Shown: positions 1 through 11,013, counted from the first letter of the stretch. The stretch: DNA of 64,000 bases from an uncultured Planctomycetaceae bacterium (GCA_963813715.1 CAWFAK010000005.1:1120001-1184000), one strand, 5' to 3'. Notes: generated by a model from the sequence alone, not told the origin. Translations and numbers: made by a program.

Positions 1-602
1 ATCCCCGGCGCGCTTTGAACAATCTCGGCCTTCTGTTTCCACTCGTCGTCCGATTGGACCAGCGCGGCGATTCGCTTCTCGAAGCGTCGGATCTGCTTGG
101 TGAGCGCGTCGACGCTCTCCTGAAGGCTCTTTTTAACAAACTTGCTGGCGACGTTTTCTTTGCGGTTCATTTCGGCGGTTCGCAGCTCGACGAGCTGCCG
201 GCGGCGGACGACGAGGTCTTGCAGTTCGAGCTGTTTTTCCGGGATTTTTGTCTGGGTCCGCGGCACGACGGCCTGCCCGAAGCGTGCCAGCACGGCCGCG
301 TCGATCCGATCGGTCTTGGCGAGGATTCCGCAGGCTTTGGCGAAGTCGCGGACTTGTCGGGGGTTGACGACCGCAACCTGATGGCCCGCGTCGATCAGTT
401 CGGCGACGAGGGCCCGCTCGTAACCGCCGGTCGCTTCCACGACGATCAAACACTCTCCGGGAGGAGGAAGCTTCTCTCGGAGTTGCCCTCGGCCCTTGGA
501 ATCGTTTGGCGGCTTGAGCGACGTTCGCTCAGGCAGCACGTGCACGTCGAGGGTCCGTTTGGCGATGTCGATACCGACGAAGGATTTGAAGGCGACGTCC
601 AT
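1..602 (-). CDS. IS110 family recombinase/transposase, N-terminal DEDD domain (runs off the window start)
   Basis: Manual minus-strand translation from ATG at 602: MDVAFKSFVGIDIAKRTLDVHV...CLIVVEATGGYER, with the GIDxxK and EATG motifs of IS110 RuvC-like domains. Absent from the ORF track because it has no stop in the window. Confidence 0.93.
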   Translation of the reverse strand, partial: MDVAFKSFVGIDIAKRTLDVHVLPERTSLKPPNDSKGRGQLREKLPPPGECLIVVEATGGYERALVAELIDAGHQVAVVNPRQVRDFAKACGILAKTDRIDAAVLARFGQAVVPRTQTKIPEKQLELQDLVVRRRQLVELRTAEMNRKENVASKFVKKSLQESVDALTKQIRRFEKRIAALVQSDDEWKQKAEIVQSAPG

Positions 603-605
603 GAC

Positions 606-800
606 GATGTCCCGTCCTTGCGAATGCGAGCTCGAGCGGCGACTGGCGCCACGACGGCTCTGACGGCTGTTCGGGCTGATCTCATGAGACCGGCGGCGAT
701 CCAGCTCTCCCACGGTCTTCTTGGACCTGAGGGCGGACGATCTACCGCCGGCCGCTGTGGGAAACCTTGCTTCGCTACGCTTCGCAAGCCTTCCCACAGC
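606..800 (-). ncRNA. Putative IS110 bridge RNA (5' hairpin, target-binding loop, donor-binding loop)
   Basis: Hairpin GCTGTGGGAA...TTCCCACAGC (754-800). Stem GGCCGGCGG...CCGCCGGTC (688-753) encloses GTCCGCCCT and TGGGAGAG. Stem CCCG...CGGG (611-675) encloses ACAGCCG and GCAAG. Confidence 0.75.
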
Positions 801-844
801 TGTCACCATCAAATGCGCAGATTGATCTTTTTTCAACATACAAG

Positions 845-1037
845 GGCCGGGGTGAGGGCGGATTTCGCGTCCCGTCCCGTCATGCGAATGTGTCCGGACC
901 GGATCGGCCGCCCCTCGTGGTCAACTATCTCGTGGTCAAACTCCCTATTGAAAGTAGTTGACCATGACCCTGACCACGACCCCTTCAGACTCTTTCCCCC
1001 CTCGCCCCGCCGCGGGAGAGGGGCCGGGGGTGAGGGG
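845..1037. repeat. REP-like CCCTCACCCC(C)GGCCC(C)TCTCCC elements: interrupted copy at 845-858, intact copy at 996-1037
   Basis: gggccggggtgaggg at 844-858 and gggagaggggccgggggtgagggg at 1014-1037, the latter with hairpin ccccctcgccc...gggagagggg. Confidence 0.75.
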
Positions 1038-1068
1038 GTCTTCGGGTCCCATCCCCGTTTCTAAATCA

Positions 1069-1164
1069 GTCCCGTCCCATTCTTTCCCCCTCGCCCGGCC
1101 GTCTCGGACAGGAGAGGGGCGATTTCGCCCGGGATTTTCTCGGTGAAACAACGTGTCCCGTCCC
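1069..1164 (+). repeat. Dispersed non-coding repeat, homologous to 34491-34602 and 34702-34747
   Basis: Core ggcgatttcgcccgggattttctcggtgaaacaacgtgtcccgtccc is near-identical at three places in the window. Confidence 0.8.
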
Positions 1165-1649
1165 GTTTGGCAGACCAGTCCGGACCGGGGCCCCTGTTCG
1201 CGAGAGTGTCCGGACCGGGCCCCGACCCCCATCGCCTCTCTTCTCTGATCTTGGACCACGCCTTCGGCGGATCTTCGACCTTGGACTTTAGACCTTGGAC
1301 TCGCTTGAAGGTGTCCCGACCCACCGGGCAGGTTTTGATCCAGGAGATTGGACTCGCTCACGTCGTGGTCACGCTTGCCGCCAACAGCGCGCACGCAACC
1401 GCTCGCGCAAAAAGCCGCTCTCTCCATTCAGCCATAAAATCGCCACTCGGCCAAGATCAGTTTTTCATTTTCTCGGGAAGCCCCGATGAGGAGCGTCACT
1501 CCGCTTGCCACGGTTGGTCAGCCCGTGGACATTGGGTGCCCCGCCGGATCGAAAGCCCCAGCGCGCCGACAGCTCCTTCTTAAAGGGCAATAACATATTT
1601 GATCCAGTGGACCCCGGGCGGCATGATGGCGAGCCGGAGGAACCACGCG

Positions 1650-2753
1650 ATGGGCGAAAAGCTCAAATGCGGACGCTGCGGCAACGAGCTGGATTTGACT
1701 GGGCATCCTGTCGGAGATCCGTTCGCGGCCATTGGATCTTTCCTGATCTGTGGCGGATGCAGTTTCCCGAATCCGGCCGATCATCATGCAGCCGATTTCA
1801 AGTTTGGCATCATCGCGCTGCTGGGCCGACCGTACACGAACATCAAGGTCAAGAACGACCTTTTGATCCCGGTCAAAGAAGCATTTGACCGCAACATGGA
1901 TCGGGTCGTGTCCCTCTCGCAACTGCCAAGAGCGCTAAGCCTGCACTGGCAATTTTTCAAGGAAGGTGGGCCTCCGCGCGTCGGTCATATGTCTGTAGGA
2001 GCACCACGTGAGGCACCGGAAGTGCGTCCAATCTGGACCTACATGAGACACGATCCGCAATTCAAACACGACGACGTTTACGCAAACGTTTCAAAGGGAG
2101 TGTCTATCGGCATCGAAACATTACTCGCGTCGATGATCATCGGTGCTTGGACCGCATTCGAGACTCTTGCCGGTGACATGTGGGAGGCGGCGGTCAATTG
2201 CCATTGGCAGATTTTGTCCGCGTTACAGGGCGCACCTCAGAAGTGGCAAAACTCCAATTCGTCTGATGACCGTGGCGATGAGCAAGAATCTCCAGAAGGA
2301 CGGGGCGGAAAGGCCGCCGAGAAAGGCCTCCCCCTGGGAGTCCTTCAAAATGGCCCAGGACTTTTTGATAAGCTCGGCACACTGCTAAGAAAGCAGAGGC
2401 GATACACCTTTCAAACGCTTCCGGTAATTCGCAAAGCGTACGGGCAAGCGTTTTCGCAAGAGTTTCGAACAGGTGCGCGATGCCCTGATCCATTCGTCGC
2501 TTGATCATTTAGCGGGTGTTCGAAATGCGTTGGTGCATCGCGCCGGAAAGGCGGACGGAAAATTCAAGCGGCAGCTTACCGGATGCAGTCACTTCAAAGA
2601 CATTAAAGAGAACGATCCGCTGAACCTTGATGGAGCGGTTGTGTCGAGTTTGTCGGCAACGTGCTCATCCAAGCGATCGAATTGGTTGTCGCGGTTGACA
2701 AATGGATTTGCGATCATCCACAGGATAAGCAGCGAACTGAAGAGTCCGGTTGA
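1650..2753 (+). CDS. Hypothetical protein: N-terminal CxxC..CxxC Zn ribbon and C-terminal HEPN-like domain (two frameshifts)
   Basis: GGAGG then ATG at 1650. CGRC...CGGC; IGAWTAFETLAGD; after a frameshift near 2465, VRNALVH (Rx4H); second frameshift near 2652; TGA at 2751-2753. Confidence 0.6.
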
Positions 2754-3026
2754 ATTAGAACAGCGCTGTTCGGCTTGCATAGGCGAAGGGGCGAGCACAT
2801 TGAACCGGGCTGCTCTACGGATCAAGATCCGTTTGAGTTAACTACCCTTCCGCAACCTTTCTTGCGCCGACCGGGCGACTCTGGCTGGCCGACGAGGTGG
2901 GCTGAGGGGTGCCTTGCCCGCAGATTCTTCAACCGAGTCTTTATCGGGCACGCCATCGCCCGCAGCAAGAACGCTGCCGGCCCATGTTTTGCCCGCGACT
3001 CGTCGCTCTGGCTAAAATTCCCGCCT

Positions 3027-3962
3027 ATGCCTCTGCTTGGATCTCATCTGTCGATCGCCGGCGGTTACTACAAGGCCGTCGAAGCTGCTGCCGCACTCCA
3101 GATGGATTGCGTGCAGATCTTCACCAAGAACAACAACCAGTGGAAAGGCAAATTTCTGTCGGCCGAGGACGTCGCCCTGTTTCGCGACGCGATCGAGCGG
3201 ACCGGCATTCGGATGCCGTGCGGGCACGACAGTTATCTCATCAACCTGGCGAGCCCCACGGAATCGCTCTGGCAGCAATCGCTCGAGGCCTTCGTGATCG
3301 AGATCGAACGGGCCGATGCGCTCGGTCTGGCTGGCCTTGTCATTCATCCGGGCAGCCGCGTCGATTCGACCGAGGAGGAGGGGCTGACGCGGATCGTGCT
3401 GGCGATCAACGAGGCCTTGCGACGCACGCCGCGCGCGACCGTGCAAATCTGGCTCGAGACGACGGCCGGTCAGGGATCGTCGCTGGGTCACCAGTTCGAG
3501 CACCTACGGACGATCCTCGACGGCGTCCACGAGCGTCACCGCTTGGGCGTGTGCGTCGACAGCTGCCACGTCTTTGCCGCCGGGTATCCGCTCAGCGGGG
3601 CGGACGAGTATCAAAAAACGATGGCGCATTTTGACACGGTCGTGGGAATCGACTGGATTCGCGCCTTCCACTTGAACGACAGCAAGCGAGAGTTGGGCAG
3701 TCGCGTCGATCGGCATGAGCACATCGGCAAAGGGCATTTAGGGCGCGAAGCATTCCGCAACATCCTCAACGATCCGCGTTTTGCCGCCCTGCCGATGTAT
3801 CTGGAAACGCGCAAAGGCATCGTCGACGGGCGTTCGCTCGATGCGATGAACCTGGCCGTTTTGCGGCGGCTGATGAAGCCCGCTGCTGCGAAGCCTGCGC
3901 GGGTCAAATCGGCGCCGTCAAAATCCGGCAGCCGCAAATCCGGAAAAGGCCCTAAACTCTGA
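3027..3962 (+). CDS. nfo: Endonuclease IV (AP endonuclease)
   Basis: LGSHLSIAGG, QIFTKN, HDSYLINLAS, HPG, LETTAGQG, DSCH, HLNDSK, DRHEHIG motifs. Confidence 0.95.
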   Translation: MPLLGSHLSIAGGYYKAVEAAAALQMDCVQIFTKNNNQWKGKFLSAEDVALFRDAIERTGIRMPCGHDSYLINLASPTESLWQQSLEAFVIEIERADALGLAGLVIHPGSRVDSTEEEGLTRIVLAINEALRRTPRATVQIWLETTAGQGSSLGHQFEHLRTILDGVHERHRLGVCVDSCHVFAAGYPLSGADEYQKTMAHFDTVVGIDWIRAFHLNDSKRELGSRVDRHEHIGKGHLGREAFRNILNDPRFAALPMYLETRKGIVDGRSLDAMNLAVLRRLMKPAAAKPARVKSAPSKSGSRKSGKGPKL

Positions 3963-4137
3963 CATCCTTGGCAAGTCACGGGCATCCTGCCTCTCCAGAC
4001 CGCTTCGCTCATTGCAGCCATTAAAGCCCTTTCAACTGGCGAAAGCGGTTCACGCCCGATCTTCGGAACCGTCGATCACAACCCAAGCGCGGGCCCAGTA
4101 ACCGCGTCGGGCCGTCGTCACTTCGAGGAACCGGGAA

Positions 4138-6574
4138 ATGAAATTCGAATCTCGCCTGCTGATCAGCCAGCTGTGCGCGGCCGGTGCGACGGGTCTCTTG
4201 TCGGCGTCGTTCATCGCCGGATGCGCGAGCGGCGAACGTGCGGGCAAGTTTTGGAACCAGGGAGACGTCGGGTCGTCGGATGCTTATGCGGCAGCCGCGT
4301 TGGCTCGCGACCAATCCTTTGCCGCGAATCCCAATCCGACGCTTCCCGCGGCCGGCGACAAGGTCGCTCCGGCCGGCGGCACGAAGGACGGCACCGGCCA
4401 CGTCGCCATTCCCGACACGTCGGATACGCCTCCGCCTCCTTTGGTGTCCGATAGCGATCCTTCGGCAAGCGCTCCAGCCCAGCCCGTTCCAAGCACTGCT
4501 GCGACGAGCAACGTCGCCGCCGGTCGCGGCACCACCGGAGCGGCCGCAGCCGGAGTCGCCGCTGGCAGCGTCCAAGTCGCCGGGGCCGCGGCCGGCGGTC
4601 GGATCATCGCCCCGTACGTGCAGAAGCGGCAGCCGACCGGCGTCGTCGACAACAATAGTCACGATAGCGAGATCGTGAAGCCCAAACAGGTTCTCGCCAA
4701 ACAGCTCGACCCGTTTGTGGAAACCGATGCACCGCTCTACGGGGCGCTGAACTCGATGCGACCGACGGCAGCGCCGGCGAGCGCAGTGGCTGGCACCTTG
4801 CCCGCCGCGCCGACGCCGATCGTTTCACCGCCTGCTTCGCCCAACGTTGGTCCCGCTTCGGTCGCTCCCGTTGCAATGAATCAAGCTCCGGTCAGCCCGG
4901 TGCCCCTCGATCCGACGCCTGCTAGCCCGGCGCCGGTCGATCCGACGCCCGTCGATTCGATGCCGGTCAATCCGGCTTCGGTCGGGCCGGCTACGGTCAG
5001 TCCGACTCTGTCTGCGGCGTCGAACCCGGCCGCCGCTCCGACGGGACGAGTTGCGATCCCCAACGGCAATGGATTCGGCGAATCGGACGGCACGATGCCT
5101 GCGCGCGTGCCGACGAGAACCGAGACAAACCCAGGCGCTCCGCTGTCGGCGTCGACTGAGCAGCCGACCGTTCCCGCCGCTCCGCCCACCGTGGTGAGCG
5201 CTCCGCCATCCGATGCCTTCGATCCGTCGTTGCCGGCGGAACCCGTCCTGCCGCGAGCCTCGACCGGTGGCCCGACATCCAGCAATTCCGCGACCATCGC
5301 GTCGCCCCTTGCCCCCCAGCCACCGGCCTCGTTTGTACCGAATGCCACTGCCCCCTCGAAGTCGACGTACTCCACGGTGCCGTCGCGGCCGCGGATCGGA
5401 GTTCGTCTGGGTGACGAAGACCTCGACACTGAGTTGAAGGAACCGCCGCACCGGGAAGACCGTCCTGTCGTCGAGCCGGCCTCCACGGACGCTGCGCCGT
5501 CGCTCCCGACAAGTGATGCAGCAGCCGCACCGTACGAAGTTGAGTTACATCACGAAGAGTCGACTCGCCCCTGCGTCGTACCCCCGTCACCGCCAGCTCC
5601 GCACCCCACGGGCACGACCGCGCCCTCCAAGTCGATTCAAGACACGTGGGAAAGCAGAAGAAGTTCAACTCCCGCGGTTTCGCCGAGCGCCGCCGCGCCT
5701 CAGGTGTCGCCTGCCGAACCTTCGTCGGTGTCGGCGCCGCCAGTCCCCGTGACGACTGCACCCGCGTCCCACGTCTCGGTGGAAACGACCTGGGAAGGAC
5801 CCGAGGCGCGATCGCAGCAACCTGCGTCGATCCACGCATCGGCAGCACCGTCTGTGGAGATGCAGATAGTAAAGCAGGCGAGGCCGAGAGAGTCGCGAGC
5901 GGCCGCTTCACACTCGGACACGCCAGCTCAAGTCGTGTCTGCGCGTGCCGGGTCTGAGGCGGCAGCGTCGCAGGTCGCCGTGCCGAGTCACACGTCTCGC
6001 AGCAACGCCGGGGCCGAGCACGAGAATTTCGTCGACGTCGCCCTCACCCGTCGAAGCCGTCGTCGGCCACGTCGGATCCGATCCGATGGTCTACGACTCG
6101 GCGTCGATCCACGGGCGCTACACCGGAGACGAGAACGCTCCGAGCAGTGTGTCGCCGCAGAGTGATGTGGTGGCCTCGCCGCTGAAGTCGCCGCCTGCCG
6201 CGGCTCCCGCGGTCTCGGCGAAACCAATTCCGCCCGCAGCGAAAAAGTCGATCCAGCGAGCCGATCCGTCGCCCGAAGGCAAGAGCGCGTCGTTCTGGGA
6301 TGAGTCGCAGGCGGCGCCGGCCGGTAAGCACACGGTCTCGACGGCCGAATTTTCGGTCGCCGCGCCGTCGATGCCGGCCGATGGGGACGAAGTTCGACCG
6401 AGCGTCGCCAATCCGGTCGGGATCTCGGGCGGGGCGCTCCCCGGCAACGCTGCGAGCAAGCCGGGGCCGGCCGGCTCCCGAGCCGGGCTGCTGGTCGGCA
6501 TGGTGATTGGATTGGCGATGAGTGCCGTCGTCTGGCGGCGCTGGCGACACAGCGGCGTGTCCGAGGCGAACTGA
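4138..6574 (+). CDS. Pro/Ala/Ser-rich disordered envelope protein, probable lipoprotein with C-terminal TM anchor (frameshift near 6030)
   Basis: Lipobox-like FIAGC, long low-complexity body, and C-terminal GLLVGMVIGLAMSAVVWRRWR in the 5945-6574 frame. Confidence 0.55.
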
Positions 6575-6849
6575 CGACGGCCGCCACGAGGTTGGCTTGT
6601 GCCGGTTTTGCCGCCCGTGCCGCCGCTGAGAGTGGCCGCGCTCGAGGCGCTGACGTTACTGTCGCGCGGCCGCGACCGGCGGCCGAGAAATCCGCCCGCT
6701 CCGCCCGGCCCTCCGCCGCCCGTGCACTATATTTGTGCGAGGCCGAAACCGCCCTGTTTCTGTCATCCCCGGCCAGGCCCAGACCATGCATCGCCCGACG
6801 GGCGCCTCAAGCGCGGCCCGCGATTACACGATGCCCTTGGAGAAATGAG

Positions 6850-7194
6850 ATGAGCGATCCTTGGAGCCGCCCGACGCTGAAAGACCTGCAGGACATCCTC
6901 GAACGGATTCACAAGCCGGAGACCGATAACCGGCGGGATATCGAGCGGCTGGAGCTGGCCGTCCCGGCCGAGGTCGTCACGCGCCGCGGCAACACGATCG
7001 ACGCCATGACGCGCGAGATCAGCCGCACGGGTATCGGCATGCTGCATCGTGGCGCGGTTTCGCCAGGCGAAGTCACGGTGAAGATGGCCGGCGACTCGCG
7101 GACGTTCGAGTACCGCGTGATGATCGAGTGGTGCGCGCCGTGCGACAATGGCATGTTCATGAGCGGCGGCCGCTTCCTGCCCCGCGAGAAGTAA
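6850..7194 (+). CDS. Stand-alone PilZ domain protein
   Basis: NRRDIER (RxxxR) followed by EISRTG (D/NxSxxG-like). GGAGA upstream of the ATG. Confidence 0.75.
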   Translation: MSDPWSRPTLKDLQDILERIHKPETDNRRDIERLELAVPAEVVTRRGNTIDAMTREISRTGIGMLHRGAVSPGEVTVKMAGDSRTFEYRVMIEWCAPCDNGMFMSGGRFLPREK

Positions 7195-7287
7195 CGCTCG
7201 TCGACAAGTGACACTTGGGCGAAGGGTGGCGCTCGATCGGGTCGGCGCGATCCAGTCTGGCTCAATGCCCGCGCCGGGCTGCAAAAC

Positions 7288-8082
7288 TCACTGAGCCTTC
7301 GGCTTGAAGAGCGGGCTCTTGAAGAGTTTCAGTCGATTGGCCCAGAACTTCACGAGCACGCTCAGCGTCGCGAGGCCGTAGACGACGCTGCGGCGAAAAT
7401 TGATGCTCGACGCTTCATCGAAGTAGCGGACGGGGACGGGCACGTCCCCCAGCTTGAAGCCGAACTGCACGGCCTGCGCGAGAAACTCGCTGTCGAAGAC
7501 GAAGTCGTCGCTGTTGCGCTCGTAGGGAATCGTCTCCAGCACTTCCCGGCGGTACGCGCGAAAGCCGCTGTGGAAATCGCCCAGGTTCTGCCCCAGGGCC
7601 ATGTTTTCCATGATCGTCAGCCAGCGGTTGAAGATGTATTTGTAGGTCGGCATCCCGCCGTCGAGCGCTTCTTTGCGGGTGCGAATCCGCGAACCCAGCA
7701 CCACGTCGCAAATTCCCAGCCGTAGAATCTCGACGGCGATCGGAATCACCCGGCTGTCGTACTGATAGTCCGGGTGGATCATCACGACGAACTCGGCGCC
7801 CAGGTCGCGCGCCTGGCGATAGCAGGTCTTCTGGTTGCCGCCGTAGCCGAGGTTCTTCGTGTGCTCGATCACCGTCAGCCCCAGCTCGCGGGCCACTTTT
7901 ACGGTGTTGTCGCGGCTGCAGTCATCGACCACGACGATCTGATCGACGGCTCCGGGCGGTATGTCTTCGACGGTCCGCTTCAGCGTGCGCTCGGCGTTGT
8001 AAGCCGGCATGACGGCGATGGTGCGGCCGCTGTGCGTAATTCCCCGGTTATGAAGGTCTTCGGCCGGCATGACGGACTGCAT
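7288..8082 (-). CDS. Glycosyltransferase family 2 (DPM1-like)
   Basis: [41 protein letters not shown]. Confidence 0.9.
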   Translation of the reverse strand: MQSVMPAEDLHNRGITHSGRTIAVMPAYNAERTLKRTVEDIPPGAVDQIVVVDDCSRDNTVKVARELGLTVIEHTKNLGYGGNQKTCYRQARDLGAEFVVMIHPDYQYDSRVIPIAVEILRLGICDVVLGSRIRTRKEALDGGMPTYKYIFNRWLTIMENMALGQNLGDFHSGFRAYRREVLETIPYERNSDDFVFDSEFLAQAVQFGFKLGDVPVPVRYFDEASSINFRRSVVYGLATLSVLVKFWANRLKLFKSPLFKPKAQ

Positions 8083-8252
8083 CAGGCGATTTCTCTGGGA
8101 ACTACCGAGCAAAAAAGAGTGCTCGATTTTCGTCAGCCCGCAGCCACAACACAAGTGCTGTGATTGGGCTCTCCCGAGGCGAACGCCGGGACAAAGACCG
8201 ACCCCGGCGCAGGCTCCCCCACGCGTTCCGAAAAGCCCTGTTCGCCGGACGC

Positions 8253-9971
8253 TTAGCTCGCCACCGCGGCTCCGGCCATGATCACCTGATTACGGCCCGT
8301 GTCCTTTGCCTGGTAGAGGGCCGCGTCGGCCGCCGCGATCAGTTCCTCGGACGCCCGGCCATGCTCGGGAGCCAGGGCCACACCGATACTCACCGTCACG
8401 CTGATTTGGCCCTGCTGCGAATGAATGGGCAGCACCTCGACGCTCGAGCGGATCGTTTCCGCAACCCAGGCGGCATCGTTCGCCGCAATGCCGGGCAACA
8501 GGATGGCGAACTCTTCGCCGCCGAACCGGGCGGCCAGTCCCGAGGTTCGCGTCGCCAGCCGCGACACGGTTTCCTTCAGCAGCCGGGACACGCAGCGGAG
8601 CACTTCGTCGCCCACCAGATGTCCGTAGCGGTCGTTGACTCCCTTGAAGCGATCGATGTCGACCATCAGCAGGGCACACTGGCCGCCCTGCGACGAGACG
8701 TGCCGCAGTGCGGCCGAAAGCTCGTTGTCGAACGTGCGGCGGTTCGACAGGTCGGTGAGCGGATCGTGACGGGCATGCCACTCGGAAACGGCCTGATGCA
8801 GCACCTTCAGCAGCGTTTCCGAAAGATAGCGAGCGGACCAGGCCAACAGTTGCGGCCGCACGTTCTCGAACGGCTCCTTCGCCTGTCGGGTGAGGCACAG
8901 CGCTCCCGCGATCCCGTTGGGACTGATGACGGGAGCGATGATGGCCGCGCCGATCAGCGAGTTAACGCCCATTCGCGCCAACTCCGACTCGTACAGAGTT
9001 TCGGGAGCTTTCCGCGAAATGGCCGTCTCGGCCAGGATGGCCTCGAATTCGGCGTGACGGCGGACGATGCCGGCCGGCAGCGGATCGCCGCAACGGCACA
9101 GCGGCTTGTACGAGCCGCGACCGTCCGGCGTAATCAGAAACAGCACGGCCCGCTCGGCCCCGGTCATTTCGCGGAGGCGATCGACGAACGCCTCGACCAT
9201 ATCGAGCGGCGACGCGTGCTTCTGATCGGTCACCGCCCGCAGTTCCATGATTTCATTGATCGATTGCAGCTGCTGATCGCGGACTTCCAGCTCCGTCGAG
9301 CGGCGGACGATGCCCGACAGGCTGCGCATCAGCCGACGGACGAGCTCCACCTGTTCCTCCAGCGGAATGCCGGGCGGAATGAGGGACGTCGTCACAATCA
9401 CGCCGGCCAGGCTCTCAGCGTCGCCGATTCCCGCGATAAACAGGCGGTCGAACCGCTGACGGTCGGCGGGCGACAGGCTCTCGCAGAGTCGCGTTCCCGC
9501 GAGGTCGTTGCGGCGGAAGGCGGCCACTCCCTCACTGGCAACGCGTTTGAGCAGCTCGCCGTCGACAACCAAGGCAGTCCGCGATTGTTCCGAAAGACCG
9601 CGCGAGTGGCGAATCGAATTGTCAGCCAGCGCCAGCGGAACGTACGCGGCAAAACCATCGCCGCCGTCGACCAGGCGGATGATGAGTTGTTCGAGCGTGC
9701 GATCCAGATCGAGCTCGCCGGTGAACTCGCGAAGGATCTGGTTTTCGAGCGAAGTCAGCGTGCGATCGCGGCTGACGGAGCGCAGATCTTTTTGGACGTC
9801 GTCAATCTGGCGACACAGCCGGTCTTTCAGCTCGCGCGACCGGTTCGTGCTGTAGAGGTAAAACATGTACTGCAGGGCACAAATCAGCATCACCGCGACA
9901 AGGTAGCCGCCGGAGACGGCTTGGTCGCAGAACTGAAAGAGAGTGTCGAACAGTGTCGCGATCGGCAACAT
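8253..9971 (-). CDS. Diguanylate cyclase (N-terminal TM, GAF-like, GGDEF)
   Basis: [51 protein letters not shown]. Confidence 0.92.
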   Translation of the reverse strand: MLPIATLFDTLFQFCDQAVSGGYLVAVMLICALQYMFYLYSTNRSRELKDRLCRQIDDVQKDLRSVSRDRTLTSLENQILREFTGELDLDRTLEQLIIRLVDGGDGFAAYVPLALADNSIRHSRGLSEQSRTALVVDGELLKRVASEGVAAFRRNDLAGTRLCESLSPADRQRFDRLFIAGIGDAESLAGVIVTTSLIPPGIPLEEQVELVRRLMRSLSGIVRRSTELEVRDQQLQSINEIMELRAVTDQKHASPLDMVEAFVDRLREMTGAERAVLFLITPDGRGSYKPLCRCGDPLPAGIVRRHAEFEAILAETAISRKAPETLYESELARMGVNSLIGAAIIAPVISPNGIAGALCLTRQAKEPFENVRPQLLAWSARYLSETLLKVLHQAVSEWHARHDPLTDLSNRRTFDNELSAALRHVSSQGGQCALLMVDIDRFKGVNDRYGHLVGDEVLRCVSRLLKETVSRLATRTSGLAARFGGEEFAILLPGIAANDAAWVAETIRSSVEVLPIHSQQGQISVTVSIGVALAPEHGRASEELIAAADAALYQAKDTGRNQVIMAGAAVAS

Positions 9972-10190
9972 GCAAAGCTCCGGGGATCTTGCGGGAAGAT
10001 GGGCCGACAAAGAAGGCGCAGCGGAAACGCTGCCCCGTCTGTGAAGGCTAGCTTACGCCCATTCACGTGGGTCGGACCGGTCGACATTCCCCGCCGGCGA
10101 GCGACTGTTCGGCTGGCGGTCGGGCGGCCCGTGACATTCCGGTTCTGCCGCGCTTGCGGAACAATCCGAAGAGAGCGGATAATTCGCTTG

Positions 10191-10940
10191 ATGAACCCAC
10201 TGTTGCGCTCTCGTTCGGGACGAGTTGGCCGTTCCGCGACCATTTTCGCCCTGTGGCTGTTGGTCGGCCTGGCGACTGGTTCGCTCCGCGCCGGGGATCC
10301 ACCGGCCGGACCGCAGCCGGACAAGCAGCCTCCCCCAACAGCGCCGGCAGCGGCGACCAAGGCGCCGGGCGAGAAGAACGGGGCGAAGAGCGAGTGGACG
10401 TCGCTCTTCGACGCGCAGACGCTCAAAGGTTGGAAGTCGACGGAGTTTGGCGGGGAGGGAAACGTCGAGGTTAAAGACGGGGCAATCTTGCTGGGGGTCG
10501 GCAACGACCTCACCGGCGTCAATTACGAGCGGCCCGTGCCGAACAACAATTACGAAGTCTCGCTCGAGGCGAAGCGCGTCGACGGCTCGGACTTCTTCTG
10601 CGGCCTGACGTTCCCAGTCAAGAAGGATCCCTGCAGCCTGATCATCGGCGGCTGGGGCGGCGGCGTGTGCGGTCTCTCCAGCATTGACGGGCTGGATGCT
10701 TCGGAGAACTCCACGACCAAGTATCGCGACTTCGATAACGGCCGCTGGTACACGATCCGGCTCCGCGTCACCGACGCTCGGATCGAAGCCTGGATCGACA
10801 AAGTGCAAATCGTGAATCAGACCCTCGCCGGCAAGAAGATCTCGATCCGCAGCGAGGTTGATGCGTCGCGGCCGTTCGGCATCGCCTCGTATCGCACGCT
10901 GGCCGCGCTGCGGAATATTCGGCTGCGCGAATTGAAGTAG
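10191..10940 (+). CDS. DUF1080 / 3-keto-disaccharide hydrolase family secreted protein
   Basis: Signal peptide; WTSLFDAQTLKGWK, GSDFFCGLTFPV, GGWGGGVCGLSSIDG, LRNIRLREL. Confidence 0.8.
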   Translation: MNPLLRSRSGRVGRSATIFALWLLVGLATGSLRAGDPPAGPQPDKQPPPTAPAAATKAPGEKNGAKSEWTSLFDAQTLKGWKSTEFGGEGNVEVKDGAILLGVGNDLTGVNYERPVPNNNYEVSLEAKRVDGSDFFCGLTFPVKKDPCSLIIGGWGGGVCGLSSIDGLDASENSTTKYRDFDNGRWYTIRLRVTDARIEAWIDKVQIVNQTLAGKKISIRSEVDASRPFGIASYRTLAALRNIRLRELK

Positions 10941-11013
10941 TTGTTGAGCCGCGTCGTTGGCGGCCATTTCTTCGTTCATGGCGGACGAATCGGTTTGCAG
11001 TAAGGGAGTGAGC

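Larger units (their letters stand above)
1..844 (-). mobile_element. IS110 insertion sequence, left (5') part
   Basis: Transposase plus about 240 bp upstream non-coding end beginning CTTGTATGTTG on the minus strand at 844. It abuts a REP-like half-site CCCTCACCCCGGCC. Confidence 0.85.

Noticed and set aside
15..1064. 349-aa plus-strand ORF
   Set aside because: Antisense shadow of the IS110 transposase and its non-coding end; the minus strand carries the real motifs.
4138..6574. Tandem peptide repeats (PASVxP, PVDPTP) as a distinct repeat system
   Set aside because: Ordinary low-complexity Pro-rich linker within one coding sequence.
8160..10190. 926-aa ORF suggesting a giant DUF1080 fusion
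   Set aside because: The N-terminal part is antisense to the GGDEF gene; the real gene starts near 10191.
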